DNA from: an uncultured Candidatus Saccharibacteria bacterium
GTDB lineage: Bacteria; Patescibacteriota; Minisyncoccia; Phycocordibacterales; UBA9973
NCBI GenBank assembly: GCA_964435545.1
Contig: CAYSZI010000001.1
Span: forward strand, 16,079 to 53,654
Direction: 5' to 3'
Length of the DNA stretch: 37,576 nucleotides
Numbering within the stretch: position 1 is the first letter of the stretch; every line of letters begins with the position of its first letter. Shown in pieces: positions 17,104-25,706 of the stretch. The position numbers and the translations under genes were made by a program. The notes beneath the pieces are model-generated. The model was not told where the DNA came from. It searched no databases and saw only the letters and a program-made list of their open reading frames with translations.

Positions 17104-17112
17104 TTATCCACA
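17104..17112 (+). promoter_or_regulatory. Perfect DnaA-box-like 9-mer TTATCCACA
   Basis: Lies in the divergent M20/M14 intergenic region, 12 nt upstream of the TTGAAA -35 at 17125. Confidence 0.5.
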
Positions 17113-17124
17113 GTTTTTAATTTA

Positions 17125-17153
17125 TTGAAAAACCTGACAATAACACCTAATAT
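17125..17153 (+). promoter_or_regulatory. Sigma70-type promoter of the second M14-like gene (leaderless geometry)
   Basis: TTGAAA-N17-TAATAT, with the -10 ending 7 nt before the ATG at 17161. Confidence 0.6.
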
Positions 17154-17160
17154 TTGCTCC

Positions 17161-18222
17161 ATGAATCAAACAACAAAATTAATCAAAATTCAACAACTTC
17201 CATCTGGAGATACCTTAAACATAAAAGCACATAAATTCACCGGAAATGGAACAAAAAAAATTTATATACAAGCAAATATTCATGGACCAGAAATGGTTGG
17301 AATTTTAGTTGCAAAAAAATTAATACAATATATTAAAAAACACGGCGGTAATTTTAAAGAACTTATAATTGTACCAAGTTGTAATCCAATAGGTCTTAAT
17401 CAACAATTTATCGGACAACAAACAGGTTATGTAAACCATATTACTGGCACAAACTGGAACAGAATTTACAAAAACTTGTGCGCTGGTTCTGAAATTAAAA
17501 ATGGAATCACAATGAAGGAATTCAAAAAAATTCTTTCAAAAAACATAAAAATAAGAAAAATATCAGAAACTGATACTGAATCACAATTAGCACTAATTCT
17601 CCAGGAACTTTCTTTTGATTCAGATATAATAATTGATTTACATACGGCTTGGGGTACCGCTCCACAATATGTATATAGTTACGAAGATTATATTGAAAAC
17701 ACTAAAAAATTTAATATTGAAAACATAATTTTATTGGAAAACGAAAATTTTTCAGGTGTTTTTGACGAGTCTCATTTATACCCATATTTTGCTAATAAAA
17801 ATAAGATAAAAGATTTTAAATTACCCAAACAAGTTTTTACACTTGAGCTTGGTAGTGACTGCACTGTTAACGATAAAGATGTAGAATCTGGGTTTTATAA
17901 ATTAATGTCTTATCTTTCCTCTGAAAAAATAGTAAAAAATATTGATCAAAACGACATCGCGGTGAAAAAATTTGATATATGCGAGCTTAATAATTTTATT
18001 TACTACAACGCTCCAAAAGGCGGATTGTTGGTATGGAAGAAAAATGAAAACGAACATGTAAAAAAGGGAGAAACTATTTGTGAAATACACGAAATATTAT
18101 CTGAAAATGTTATTAACGTAACAGCAACAGAGCCATGTAAACTCATAATAAAATTTAATGCTACAGCAGTACATCAAGGACAGAAAATTGCAAAAGTCAT
18201 GATCTCTATAAAACAGAATTAA
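17161..18222 (+). CDS. M14-like zinc hydrolase, AstE/AspA family (second, divergent copy)
   Basis: YIQANIHGPEMVG (HxxE) and IIIDLHTA motifs. The start is set at the ATG at 17161 because the track's TTG at 17125 is the -35 hexamer. Confidence 0.65.
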   Translation: MNQTTKLIKIQQLPSGDTLNIKAHKFTGNGTKKIYIQANIHGPEMVGILVAKKLIQYIKKHGGNFKELIIVPSCNPIGLNQQFIGQQTGYVNHITGTNWNRIYKNLCAGSEIKNGITMKEFKKILSKNIKIRKISETDTESQLALILQELSFDSDIIIDLHTAWGTAPQYVYSYEDYIENTKKFNIENIILLENENFSGVFDESHLYPYFANKNKIKDFKLPKQVFTLELGSDCTVNDKDVESGFYKLMSYLSSEKIVKNIDQNDIAVKKFDICELNNFIYYNAPKGGLLVWKKNENEHVKKGETICEIHEILSENVINVTATEPCKLIIKFNATAVHQGQKIAKVMISIKQN

Positions 18223-18348
18223 TTTTCTTAATTTTAATTCCCGGGATCTCTCTTGCATATTTAAATTTTATAAAATATACAAGAATGATCTCAGGAAAGA
18301 GGTCAAAGTTTTATATCATTCTTTTATAACTAAATAAAAAATTGTATT

Positions 18349-19545
18349 ATGAATTTGCAAGTTGCACAGAATTTTGTTGAGGAAAATGGTTGTTATCATA
18401 TTAACATTAACAACATTCCAAAAGTACAAAGGATAGGCGATTATGTCTACGAAATGAGTAAAGAAGAAGAATTTCTTCGCACCGAGCAAGCGAAATTTTT
18501 CAAAAATTTTTGCGGCGGGGATTTTTTGAGAATCCTAGGAGAAGATCCTGAACTCAGGTTTAAAATGGGTATCCCACAAAAGTGGATTGATTTTGCTTAC
18601 GAAGCTAATCCAAACCACCTTCCAATGGCCATATATATTGGCTTTGATTTGTGTGGAAAAAACCTTGTTATAAACGATCTCAATTCAGACAGAGCAATTG
18701 TTGCGGGCTATCAGCCAGAAATAGCAATGGCTTTTAATCAACAGCAAAAGGAAAGAAATTTTCGTAGCTTTTATGATGGGTTAAATAATGCATTTAGGTT
18801 GTTTACAGGAAAAAGTAATCCGAGGGTATTTATATTGAGAGACATTAATGATCCTCATATTTATGCCTTTGAAAACTTTTCAAGAAGATTGGGTTATTCC
18901 TTGGGTTCTATATTAGATTTTAATCCAAAAGATTTTGATATTGTGTTTAGAACAATACGAACACACGACACGATCTTGCAAGAACCTGAGAAATACCGAA
19001 GATTAACAGATGCATTGAAAAGCGGAATGCCTATGATAAATCCTGTTGGAGCAGCGCTTGCTGGACACAAAGGGTGGGTACCGTATCTTTGTCATAAAAA
19101 GCTTGTTGATCACACATGGTTTCCTGAATCATTTCTTGTATCAGAAAACAATGTCATATGTTCCGATGGAACAACCAAGGATAAAACCTGGATTAATGAT
19201 GTTCTACTGAAACAAAGAAAAGATTTTATTGTGAAAAATGTTTTTAGTGCTGGTGGTAGACAAGTAACCAAAGGTGGTGAATATAAACTCAACGAATGGA
19301 TTGCTTTATGGAACGAGTCGTTTAAAAAAAACATTCCAATGCTGGTAGAAAAGAAACAGGAAAAGTTTTTTAAAAGTATCGATATTATTGATAATAATGA
19401 AATATTCAAAAAAGAACTAAACTTGCTTCAGAGAGTTTATACCATCCACGGAACAGATGAAATCTATTCTGAATTATTTGGCTGTGAGGGTTGGAAGGTA
19501 AATGCTTCTGGTTACGCATTTCCTGTTAATTTTGCAAAATCTTAA
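18349..19545 (+). CDS. Putative ATP-grasp amidoligase, glutathionylspermidine-synthase-like / circularly permuted ATP-grasp-like
   Basis: Motif-level resemblance only: IGFDLCGKNLVINDLNSD (RxD...lE-N-D-like), INPVGAALAGHKGWVPYL (NK-L-LLW-like) and IVKNVFSAGGRQV (vKP..gReG-like). Confidence 0.4.
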   Translation: MNLQVAQNFVEENGCYHININNIPKVQRIGDYVYEMSKEEEFLRTEQAKFFKNFCGGDFLRILGEDPELRFKMGIPQKWIDFAYEANPNHLPMAIYIGFDLCGKNLVINDLNSDRAIVAGYQPEIAMAFNQQQKERNFRSFYDGLNNAFRLFTGKSNPRVFILRDINDPHIYAFENFSRRLGYSLGSILDFNPKDFDIVFRTIRTHDTILQEPEKYRRLTDALKSGMPMINPVGAALAGHKGWVPYLCHKKLVDHTWFPESFLVSENNVICSDGTTKDKTWINDVLLKQRKDFIVKNVFSAGGRQVTKGGEYKLNEWIALWNESFKKNIPMLVEKKQEKFFKSIDIIDNNEIFKKELNLLQRVYTIHGTDEIYSELFGCEGWKVNASGYAFPVNFAKS

Positions 19546-19567
19546 TAAAAAAACAACTAATACAAAC

Positions 19568-19599
19568 AAAATGGCTACTTTTTGGTAGCCATTTTTTTT
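19568..19599 (+). terminator. Intrinsic terminator
   Basis: AAAATGGCTAC-tttttg-GTAGCCATTTTTTTT. Confidence 0.7.
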
Positions 19600-19645
19600 A
19601 TTTATACATTTTTTAAAATCACTAAAATAATGTTAATATATAAGG

Positions 19646-20401
19646 ATGGAAGAAACTGCTCAAAAATCGGCTTATACTGTAAAAACTTCAGCTTTTGAAG
19701 GCCCGCTTGAGCTTTTGTTGTCGCTAGTGGAAGGAAGAAAACTTTTTATAAACGAGATATCACTTGCTTCGGTAACAGACGAATATATTTCGTATGCCAA
19801 AAATTTAAATAAAAATGACTTATCAGAACTCACATCTTTTCTTTCAATTACTGCAACTTTGATACTTATAAAATCTCGATCACTTTTGCCAGGATTTGTT
19901 GTAACAAAAGAAGAAGAAAAAGATATCAAAGATTTGGAATCACGACTCGCTTTGTATGCACTCATTCATGAAATCAGCGCACAAATTAGTGAAAAATATG
20001 GCGCAAAAAAAATATATCTCTCTCCTGAACGCGGGATAACAACTCCAGTATTTGCACCAGATCCAAAACTTTCGATTGGAGTTTTGCATTTATCTGCAAT
20101 TGATGTAATAAATCGTGTACCAAAAGAAGTAAAACTTCCACAAGTTCGTATTAGAAAAATAATGAGTATTGAAGAAATGATTTTTGGACTTACCGAGCGT
20201 ATTGCTTCTGCCACACGCGTTTCTTTTAAAGAATGGCAAAATTCAGTAAAAGGAAACGACAGAGAGGTTGTAAAAAATAATATAATAGTGTCTTTTCTTG
20301 CAATGCTTGAAATGGTAAGGCAAGGAATGATGGACGCTTTGCAAAATTCTGATTTTGAAGATATCGAATTATTAAAAGTTGAAAATAATTTAAAAGAATA
20401 A
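19646..20401 (+). CDS. scpA: Segregation and condensation protein A
   Basis: FEGPLELLLSLVEGRKLFINEISLASVTDEY is the ScpA N-terminal signature. 251 aa. A TG-n-TAATAT -10 ends 6 nt upstream of the ATG. Confidence 0.9.
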   Translation: MEETAQKSAYTVKTSAFEGPLELLLSLVEGRKLFINEISLASVTDEYISYAKNLNKNDLSELTSFLSITATLILIKSRSLLPGFVVTKEEEKDIKDLESRLALYALIHEISAQISEKYGAKKIYLSPERGITTPVFAPDPKLSIGVLHLSAIDVINRVPKEVKLPQVRIRKIMSIEEMIFGLTERIASATRVSFKEWQNSVKGNDREVVKNNIIVSFLAMLEMVRQGMMDALQNSDFEDIELLKVENNLKE

Positions 20402-20412
20402 TCTATAAACAC

Positions 20413-20997
20413 ATGAATACGTCATCACTAATTGAAGCCTTACTTTTTTCAAAAGCTGAACCTTGGACTGTTTTTGAGCTTTCAAAAACTCTAGACAAAA
20501 GTATCGAAGAAATAACAAACGGATTAACCGAACTCGAATCAAATCTTCAAAATCGCGGATTGGTTTTAATACGCACAGATGAATCAATCACTCTCGGCAC
20601 ACACCCCGAAGCAAATATAATTTTGGAAAAAATTTATAAAGAAGAACTAAGTAAAGGACTTTCGAAGGCATCTATCGAAACACTTTCGTGTGTGATGTAC
20701 GGCGACGAGGTGACTCGTGGAAAAATCGATTATATTCGTGGTGTAAATTCTGGATTTATATTGCGCTCACTTCTCGTGCGTGGACTTATAGAACGCAAAC
20801 CATATCCAAAAGACAGAAAAAGTTTTATGTATATTCCAACGATTGCATTACTTTCATCACTCGGAGTTTCCAATATAAAAGATTTGCCAGATTATGAAAG
20901 AATTCATGATGAAATCGAAAAAGCATCTTTCGGGGCTGAATTGATTTCAGAAGAAAGTTCCATCGAAGAAGCAAAACCATTGTCAGTAAATAATTAA
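20413..20997 (+). CDS. scpB: Segregation and condensation protein B
   Basis: SLIEALLFSKAEPWTVFELSK and a winged-helix repeat with YIRGVNSGFILRSLLVRGLI. Confidence 0.88.
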   Translation: MNTSSLIEALLFSKAEPWTVFELSKTLDKSIEEITNGLTELESNLQNRGLVLIRTDESITLGTHPEANIILEKIYKEELSKGLSKASIETLSCVMYGDEVTRGKIDYIRGVNSGFILRSLLVRGLIERKPYPKDRKSFMYIPTIALLSSLGVSNIKDLPDYERIHDEIEKASFGAELISEESSIEEAKPLSVNN

Positions 20998-21001
20998 TTA
21001 T

Positions 21002-22306
21002 ATGAATTCGATCAAAAGTAAAATTCCAGATTTTATAAAAGTACCAGGGCATTTTATGCGTTCCCATTTGGCTGCAATTTCAAATGGTTATCCTGCTAAA
21101 AAAATGATTGTTGTTGGCATCACAGGCACAAAAGGAAAGACATGCACTGCAAATTTTGTTTGGTCAGTTTTGCATGCCGGGGGATACAAAGCTGGCTTGA
21201 TTTCAACCGCAATTATTCGTTTTGGGTCAGATGAAGAACTAAATCCATATCACATGACGATGCCCGATGCGTTTATCGTGCAAAATACTCTCAAAAAAAT
21301 GAAAGACCAAGGAATTGAAATTGTCGTTATCGAAATGACATCCGAAGGAATGAAACAATTTCGTCATGCTGGAATTCCTATAGATTTTGCAATTTTTACA
21401 AATCTTTCTCCAGAGCATTTACCTTCACACAAAAATAATTTTGAGGTTTACAAAAAAGCGAAATCAAAATTGTTTACATCATTTGGTGACGGACACAAAA
21501 AATTGCGAGGATTTTCTGTTCCAAAAACAATAATCGCAAATAGTGATAACGAACATGCTGATTATTACTTGTCTTTCGATGCTGATAAAAAAATTTCTTT
21601 CGGAGTAACGAATGGAGAAGTAAAAGCGGAGAATATTTTGAGCGACAAGAATGGAGTTTCTTTTGAAATAAATTCTGAAAAATATAATATTTCAATTTTA
21701 GGAGCATTCAATGTTTATAATGCATTGCCAGCAATCATTGTTGGTAATATTTTGAATATCCCAACTGAGAAAATTAAAAAGGGACTAGTCTCACTTGCTG
21801 TTATTCCAGGAAGAATGGAGGAAATAAACGAAGGACAAAATTTTACACTTTTTGTTGATTATGCTCACGAGCCTGTAAGTATTAATGCAGTTCTAACAGC
21901 ATCAGAAGCTATCAAAAAACCAGATTCGAAAATAATTATATTATTTGGAGCAGAAGGTGGTGGTCGTGACACAAGAAAACGTTTACCCATGGCAAAACTC
22001 TGCGCACAGATGGCAGATTTTGTAATAGTGACAGATGTTGATCCATACAACGACGACCCTCAAAAAATAATTGATGATGTTTCGCTTATGGTTGAGTTGT
22101 CTGGAAAAATTCGAAACAAAAACCTGTTTGCGATTTTAGATCGAAAAGAAGCCATCGAAAAAGCCTTATCTTTAGCCTCAAACAATGATATAGTAATAAT
22201 TACAGGAAAAGGCGCCGAGCAATCGATGGTTACCAACAAAGGTACAATACCTTGGAACGAGCGCGAAATTGTTAGAAATTTACTCAAAAAATTATTAAAG
22301 AAATAA
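21002..22306 (+). CDS. murE: Mur ligase family protein, MurE-like with a short N-terminus
   Basis: P-loop VVGITGTKGKTCT, DYAHEP, GAEGGGRDTRKRLPM. Position upstream of mraY fits MurE. Only about 40 aa precede the P-loop, and the DNPR region reads DVDPYNDDP. Confidence 0.7.
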   Translation: MNSIKSKIPDFIKVPGHFMRSHLAAISNGYPAKKMIVVGITGTKGKTCTANFVWSVLHAGGYKAGLISTAIIRFGSDEELNPYHMTMPDAFIVQNTLKKMKDQGIEIVVIEMTSEGMKQFRHAGIPIDFAIFTNLSPEHLPSHKNNFEVYKKAKSKLFTSFGDGHKKLRGFSVPKTIIANSDNEHADYYLSFDADKKISFGVTNGEVKAENILSDKNGVSFEINSEKYNISILGAFNVYNALPAIIVGNILNIPTEKIKKGLVSLAVIPGRMEEINEGQNFTLFVDYAHEPVSINAVLTASEAIKKPDSKIIILFGAEGGGRDTRKRLPMAKLCAQMADFVIVTDVDPYNDDPQKIIDDVSLMVELSGKIRNKNLFAILDRKEAIEKALSLASNNDIVIITGKGAEQSMVTNKGTIPWNEREIVRNLLKKLLKK

Positions 22307-22307
22307 A

Positions 22308-23357
22308 ATGTCAGACGCATTCAAAATTTTTGTGCCAACGATTATTTCATTTATTATTGGAATAATAATCACGCCGCTTGTTGCACATTATTTATATAAA
22401 TGGCAATTATGGAAAAAGACGAGTGTAAGAAAAACCACAGACGGTCGCGAAGCAACAATCTCGAACAAACTCCACAACGACGAAATCCGAAAAACACCTC
22501 GCATGGGTGGAATTATAGTATGGGGAAGTGTTCTAATTACAACATATCTTTTATACGCGCTGTCTGTAATTTATCCATACAATTTTGGGAAACTTTCTTT
22601 TCTATCTCGAAGTCAGACATGGCTTCCTTTGTTTACGCTAATATCTGCCTCACTTGTTGGTCTTATTGATGATTATTTTGTAACACGTGACAAGGGGAGT
22701 TTTATAGGAGGAGGACTTTCATTAAGTAAAAGATTAATCGTCGTATTTTTTATTGCACTTATCGGAGCACTTTGGTTTTACTCAAAACTTGGAATGACAT
22801 CAGTACATATTCCTTTTGGAGACACTGTAAATCTTGGAATTTTATTTATTCCATTTTTTATTTTAACGATGATTGCAATGTATGCCGGTGGAATTATAGA
22901 TGGCGTCGACGGACTTGCTGGTGGAGTTTTTGCGATGATCTTTTCTGCACTTTCAATCATGGCATATTTTCATAACCAAATTGATTTAGCTGCATTTTCT
23001 TTAGTCATATCTGGTGGATTACTTGTTTTTTTATGGTTCAACATTCCACCCGCAAGATTTTTCCTATCTGAAACTGGAACTATGGGTCTTACAACAACAG
23101 CAACGGTTATCGCTTTTTTAACAGGAGAGGTTTTACTTCTTCCGATAATTGCATTTCCTCTTGTTATCACAATTTTATCCGACATTATTCAACTCACATC
23201 AAAAAAATTCCGAAATGGTAAAAAAGTTTTTCTTGTTGCACCACTTCACAATCATTTTATTGTAAAAGGATGGTCGCGTGAAAAAGTTACAATGAGATAT
23301 TGGATATTTTCGTTTATGTGTGCCGTTGTTGGTCTCGTGATTTCTCTAATATCATAA
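22308..23357 (+). CDS. mraY: Phospho-N-acetylmuramoyl-pentapeptide transferase
   Basis: Polytopic. Motifs LIDDYF, GGIIDGVDGLAGG and APLHNHFIVKGWSREKVTMRYWI. Confidence 0.93.
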   Translation: MSDAFKIFVPTIISFIIGIIITPLVAHYLYKWQLWKKTSVRKTTDGREATISNKLHNDEIRKTPRMGGIIVWGSVLITTYLLYALSVIYPYNFGKLSFLSRSQTWLPLFTLISASLVGLIDDYFVTRDKGSFIGGGLSLSKRLIVVFFIALIGALWFYSKLGMTSVHIPFGDTVNLGILFIPFFILTMIAMYAGGIIDGVDGLAGGVFAMIFSALSIMAYFHNQIDLAAFSLVISGGLLVFLWFNIPPARFFLSETGTMGLTTTATVIAFLTGEVLLLPIIAFPLVITILSDIIQLTSKKFRNGKKVFLVAPLHNHFIVKGWSREKVTMRYWIFSFMCAVVGLVISLIS

Positions 23358-23369
23358 TTTTTTAAAAAG

Positions 23370-24479
23370 ATGAAAAAAGAACAAAAGTCTGTCGATTATA
23401 TTTTTTTGACTATCGCAGGAATAATTATTTTTGCGGGAATTTTGGCCTTTTTCTCTGCTTCACTCGGAGTTTTAGCTCGCAACAAAGGAATTTTTTACTC
23501 AACAATAATTAGCCAAATCGTTTTAGGTCTCATTGGGGGATTATGTGCCATGTATTTTTTTTCAAGAATCCCAGCAAAGTTTTTACGAACAAATGCCACA
23601 ATTATTTTGGTTTGTTCGATTATTATAACTGGGTTGGTTTTTGTTCCACATCTAGGTTTTTCGCATGGAGGGGCAAGGCGTTGGATTTCGATTTTAGGAA
23701 TTTCTTTTCAGCCTGTCGAAATATTAAAAATTGCATATGTTATATATTTATCAGCTTGGCTTTCATGGGCAAAAAAACGAGTTGAAAATCCTTTATTTGG
23801 AATACTACCAATGCTCGTAATTTTAGGAATTATTGCGGGAGTTTTACTTTTACAACCAGATACAAAAAGTTTGATTTTAATGGCTGGAACAGGCATATCG
23901 CTTCTATTTTTATCTGGTACACCCTGGAAACATTTACTAATGCTTTTTGCTGGCACAATTTTGGTTTTTATTATATTGGCAATCCGAACACCTTATCTTT
24001 CACAACGAGTTGCAACCTTTTTAAATCCAGCAAGTGATCCTAGTGGTTCTTCGTATCAATTACAACAATCTTTAATTGCGATCGGTTCTGGAAAAATAAC
24101 AGGGAGAGGTTACGGACAAAGTATTCAAAAATTTAGTTATTTACCAGAGCCACAAGGAGATTCAATTTTTGCCGTTATTGGTGAAGAATTCGGTTTTATT
24201 GGTTCAGTTATAATAGTTTTATTTTATATTCTGTTTGCAATGCGTGGACTTTGGATTGCACGAAGATCAAGTGATTCATTTAGTGGACTCCTGGCGTCAG
24301 GACTTGTTATAATACTTACACTGCAATCATTTATGAATATTGCATCCATCACAGGACTTTTTCCGCTCACTGGAGTTCCACTTGTCTTTATGAGCCAAGG
24401 AGGAACATCACTTATGATTTCTCTTGCCGTTGTTGGAATTATTTTAGGAATTTCTAGAGAAAGAAAGGTAAAAATTTAA
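23370..24479 (+). CDS. ftsW: SEDS-family peptidoglycan glycosyltransferase FtsW/RodA
   Basis: Ten-TM profile, ISFQPVEILKIAYVIYL, LPEPQGDSIFAVIGEEFGF, TGVPLVFMSQGGTS. Sits between mraY and murG. Confidence 0.88.
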   Translation: MKKEQKSVDYIFLTIAGIIIFAGILAFFSASLGVLARNKGIFYSTIISQIVLGLIGGLCAMYFFSRIPAKFLRTNATIILVCSIIITGLVFVPHLGFSHGGARRWISILGISFQPVEILKIAYVIYLSAWLSWAKKRVENPLFGILPMLVILGIIAGVLLLQPDTKSLILMAGTGISLLFLSGTPWKHLLMLFAGTILVFIILAIRTPYLSQRVATFLNPASDPSGSSYQLQQSLIAIGSGKITGRGYGQSIQKFSYLPEPQGDSIFAVIGEEFGFIGSVIIVLFYILFAMRGLWIARRSSDSFSGLLASGLVIILTLQSFMNIASITGLFPLTGVPLVFMSQGGTSLMISLAVVGIILGISRERKVKI

Positions 24480-24520
24480 TTTTATTATCAAAGGTAAATT
24501 TATAATCAACATAAAATTTT

Positions 24521-25645
24521 ATGAAAATTGCATTTACAGGTGGGGGAACTGGCGGACATTTTTATCCAATTATTGCTGTGGCAGAATCTGTACGTGAGAT
24601 TGCCGATAGTGAAAAAATTGTCGGTCTAAAACTTTACTACCTTGCTGATAGTTCATACGACAAAGAAGCACTCTTTGCAAACGGAATAGAATTTTTGTAT
24701 GTATCATCTGGAAAAAAGAGATTATATTCTTCAATCAATAATTTTTTTGATATTTTTAAAACAGCTTTTGGTTGTATAAAAGCGACCCTTTCACTTTTTT
24801 TACTTTACCCAGATGTTGTTTTCTCAAAAGGAGGATACTCAAGTTTTCCAGTTGTTTTTGCAGCAAGAATTCTTTTTATTCCAGTTGTGATTCATGAATC
24901 AGATTCATATCCAGGTCGTGTAAATCTTTGGTCTGGAAAATTTGCAAAAAAAATCGCCGTATCATACGACGAGGCAGGATTATTTTTTCCCAAAGATAAG
25001 GTTGCTCAAACAGGCCAACCAATCCGCAGAGCAATACTAGAAAGAAAAACCGAAGGTGCTTTTGAATATTTAAAACTCGACCATAATATTCCAACAATTT
25101 TAATTTTAGGTGGCTCACAAGGAGCAGAAGTAATAAACGATGCAATTCTAGATATAATCGTTCCTCTTCTAAAAGATTATCAAATAATTCACCAGACAGG
25201 AGTAAATCTTTTTGAAGGAGTAAAAGCCCGTGCTGAATTCTTTTTACACAACGACCCAAATAAAGACCGATATCTTCCTTTTGCATCTCTAGACGCACTC
25301 ACATTAAAAATGGCAGCGGGTGCAGCATCACTTGTAATATCTCGAGCTGGTTCAACAATATTTGAAATTGCCTCATGGGGAGTTCCTTCGATAATTATTC
25401 CAATCGAAGAATCAAACGGAGACCATCAAAAAAAGAATGCTTTCAATTATGCGCGCCATGGAGCAGCTGAGGTTGTTGAACAAGACAACCTTTCAAGCGG
25501 TGTCCTTACCTCGGAAATAAAACGCATCATCGGCGACAAAGAACGTTGGGATAAAATGTCTCAAAATGCAAAAAGTTTTTCTCAACAAGACGCTTCCAAA
25601 AAAATCGCAAGGGTATTGATAGATATTGTACTTTCACATAAATAA
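24521..25645 (+). CDS. murG: UDP-GlcNAc:lipid I N-acetylglucosaminyltransferase
   Basis: MKIAFTGGGTGGHFYPIIAV N-terminus, ILGGSQGA, SRAGSTIFEIASWGVPSIIIP. Confidence 0.93.
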   Translation: MKIAFTGGGTGGHFYPIIAVAESVREIADSEKIVGLKLYYLADSSYDKEALFANGIEFLYVSSGKKRLYSSINNFFDIFKTAFGCIKATLSLFLLYPDVVFSKGGYSSFPVVFAARILFIPVVIHESDSYPGRVNLWSGKFAKKIAVSYDEAGLFFPKDKVAQTGQPIRRAILERKTEGAFEYLKLDHNIPTILILGGSQGAEVINDAILDIIVPLLKDYQIIHQTGVNLFEGVKARAEFFLHNDPNKDRYLPFASLDALTLKMAAGAASLVISRAGSTIFEIASWGVPSIIIPIEESNGDHQKKNAFNYARHGAAEVVEQDNLSSGVLTSEIKRIIGDKERWDKMSQNAKSFSQQDASKKIARVLIDIVLSHK

Positions 25646-25649
25646 AAAT

Positions 25650-25686
25650 CTCAAAAGGTTCTAAAATTTTCCTTTGAGCTTTTTTG
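25650..25686. terminator. Terminator between murG and the convergent 25707 gene
   Basis: CTCAAAAGG...CCTTTGAG stem with one bulge, followed by CTTTTTT. Confidence 0.6.
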
Positions 25687-25706
25687 TTGATTATTTTTTA
25701 TATAAT

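Noticed and set aside
19966-20412. 148-aa minus-strand ORF antisense to scpA. Similar long antisense ORFs lie at 24876-25298 (in murG), 12749-13048 (in the S66 gene), 16443-16811 (in the M20 gene) and 31890-32276 (in purA).
   Set aside because: Each lies wholly within a gene that has strong family motifs on the other strand. AT-rich genomes give long stop-free antisense frames, and none shows a recognisable motif.
21002-22306. The MurE-like gene as a 5'-truncated pseudogene.
   Set aside because: The ORF is intact, starts 4 nt after scpB and abuts mraY. It keeps the P-loop, DYAHEP and C-terminal GGGRD motifs, so a genuinely short-N-terminus Mur ligase is more likely.
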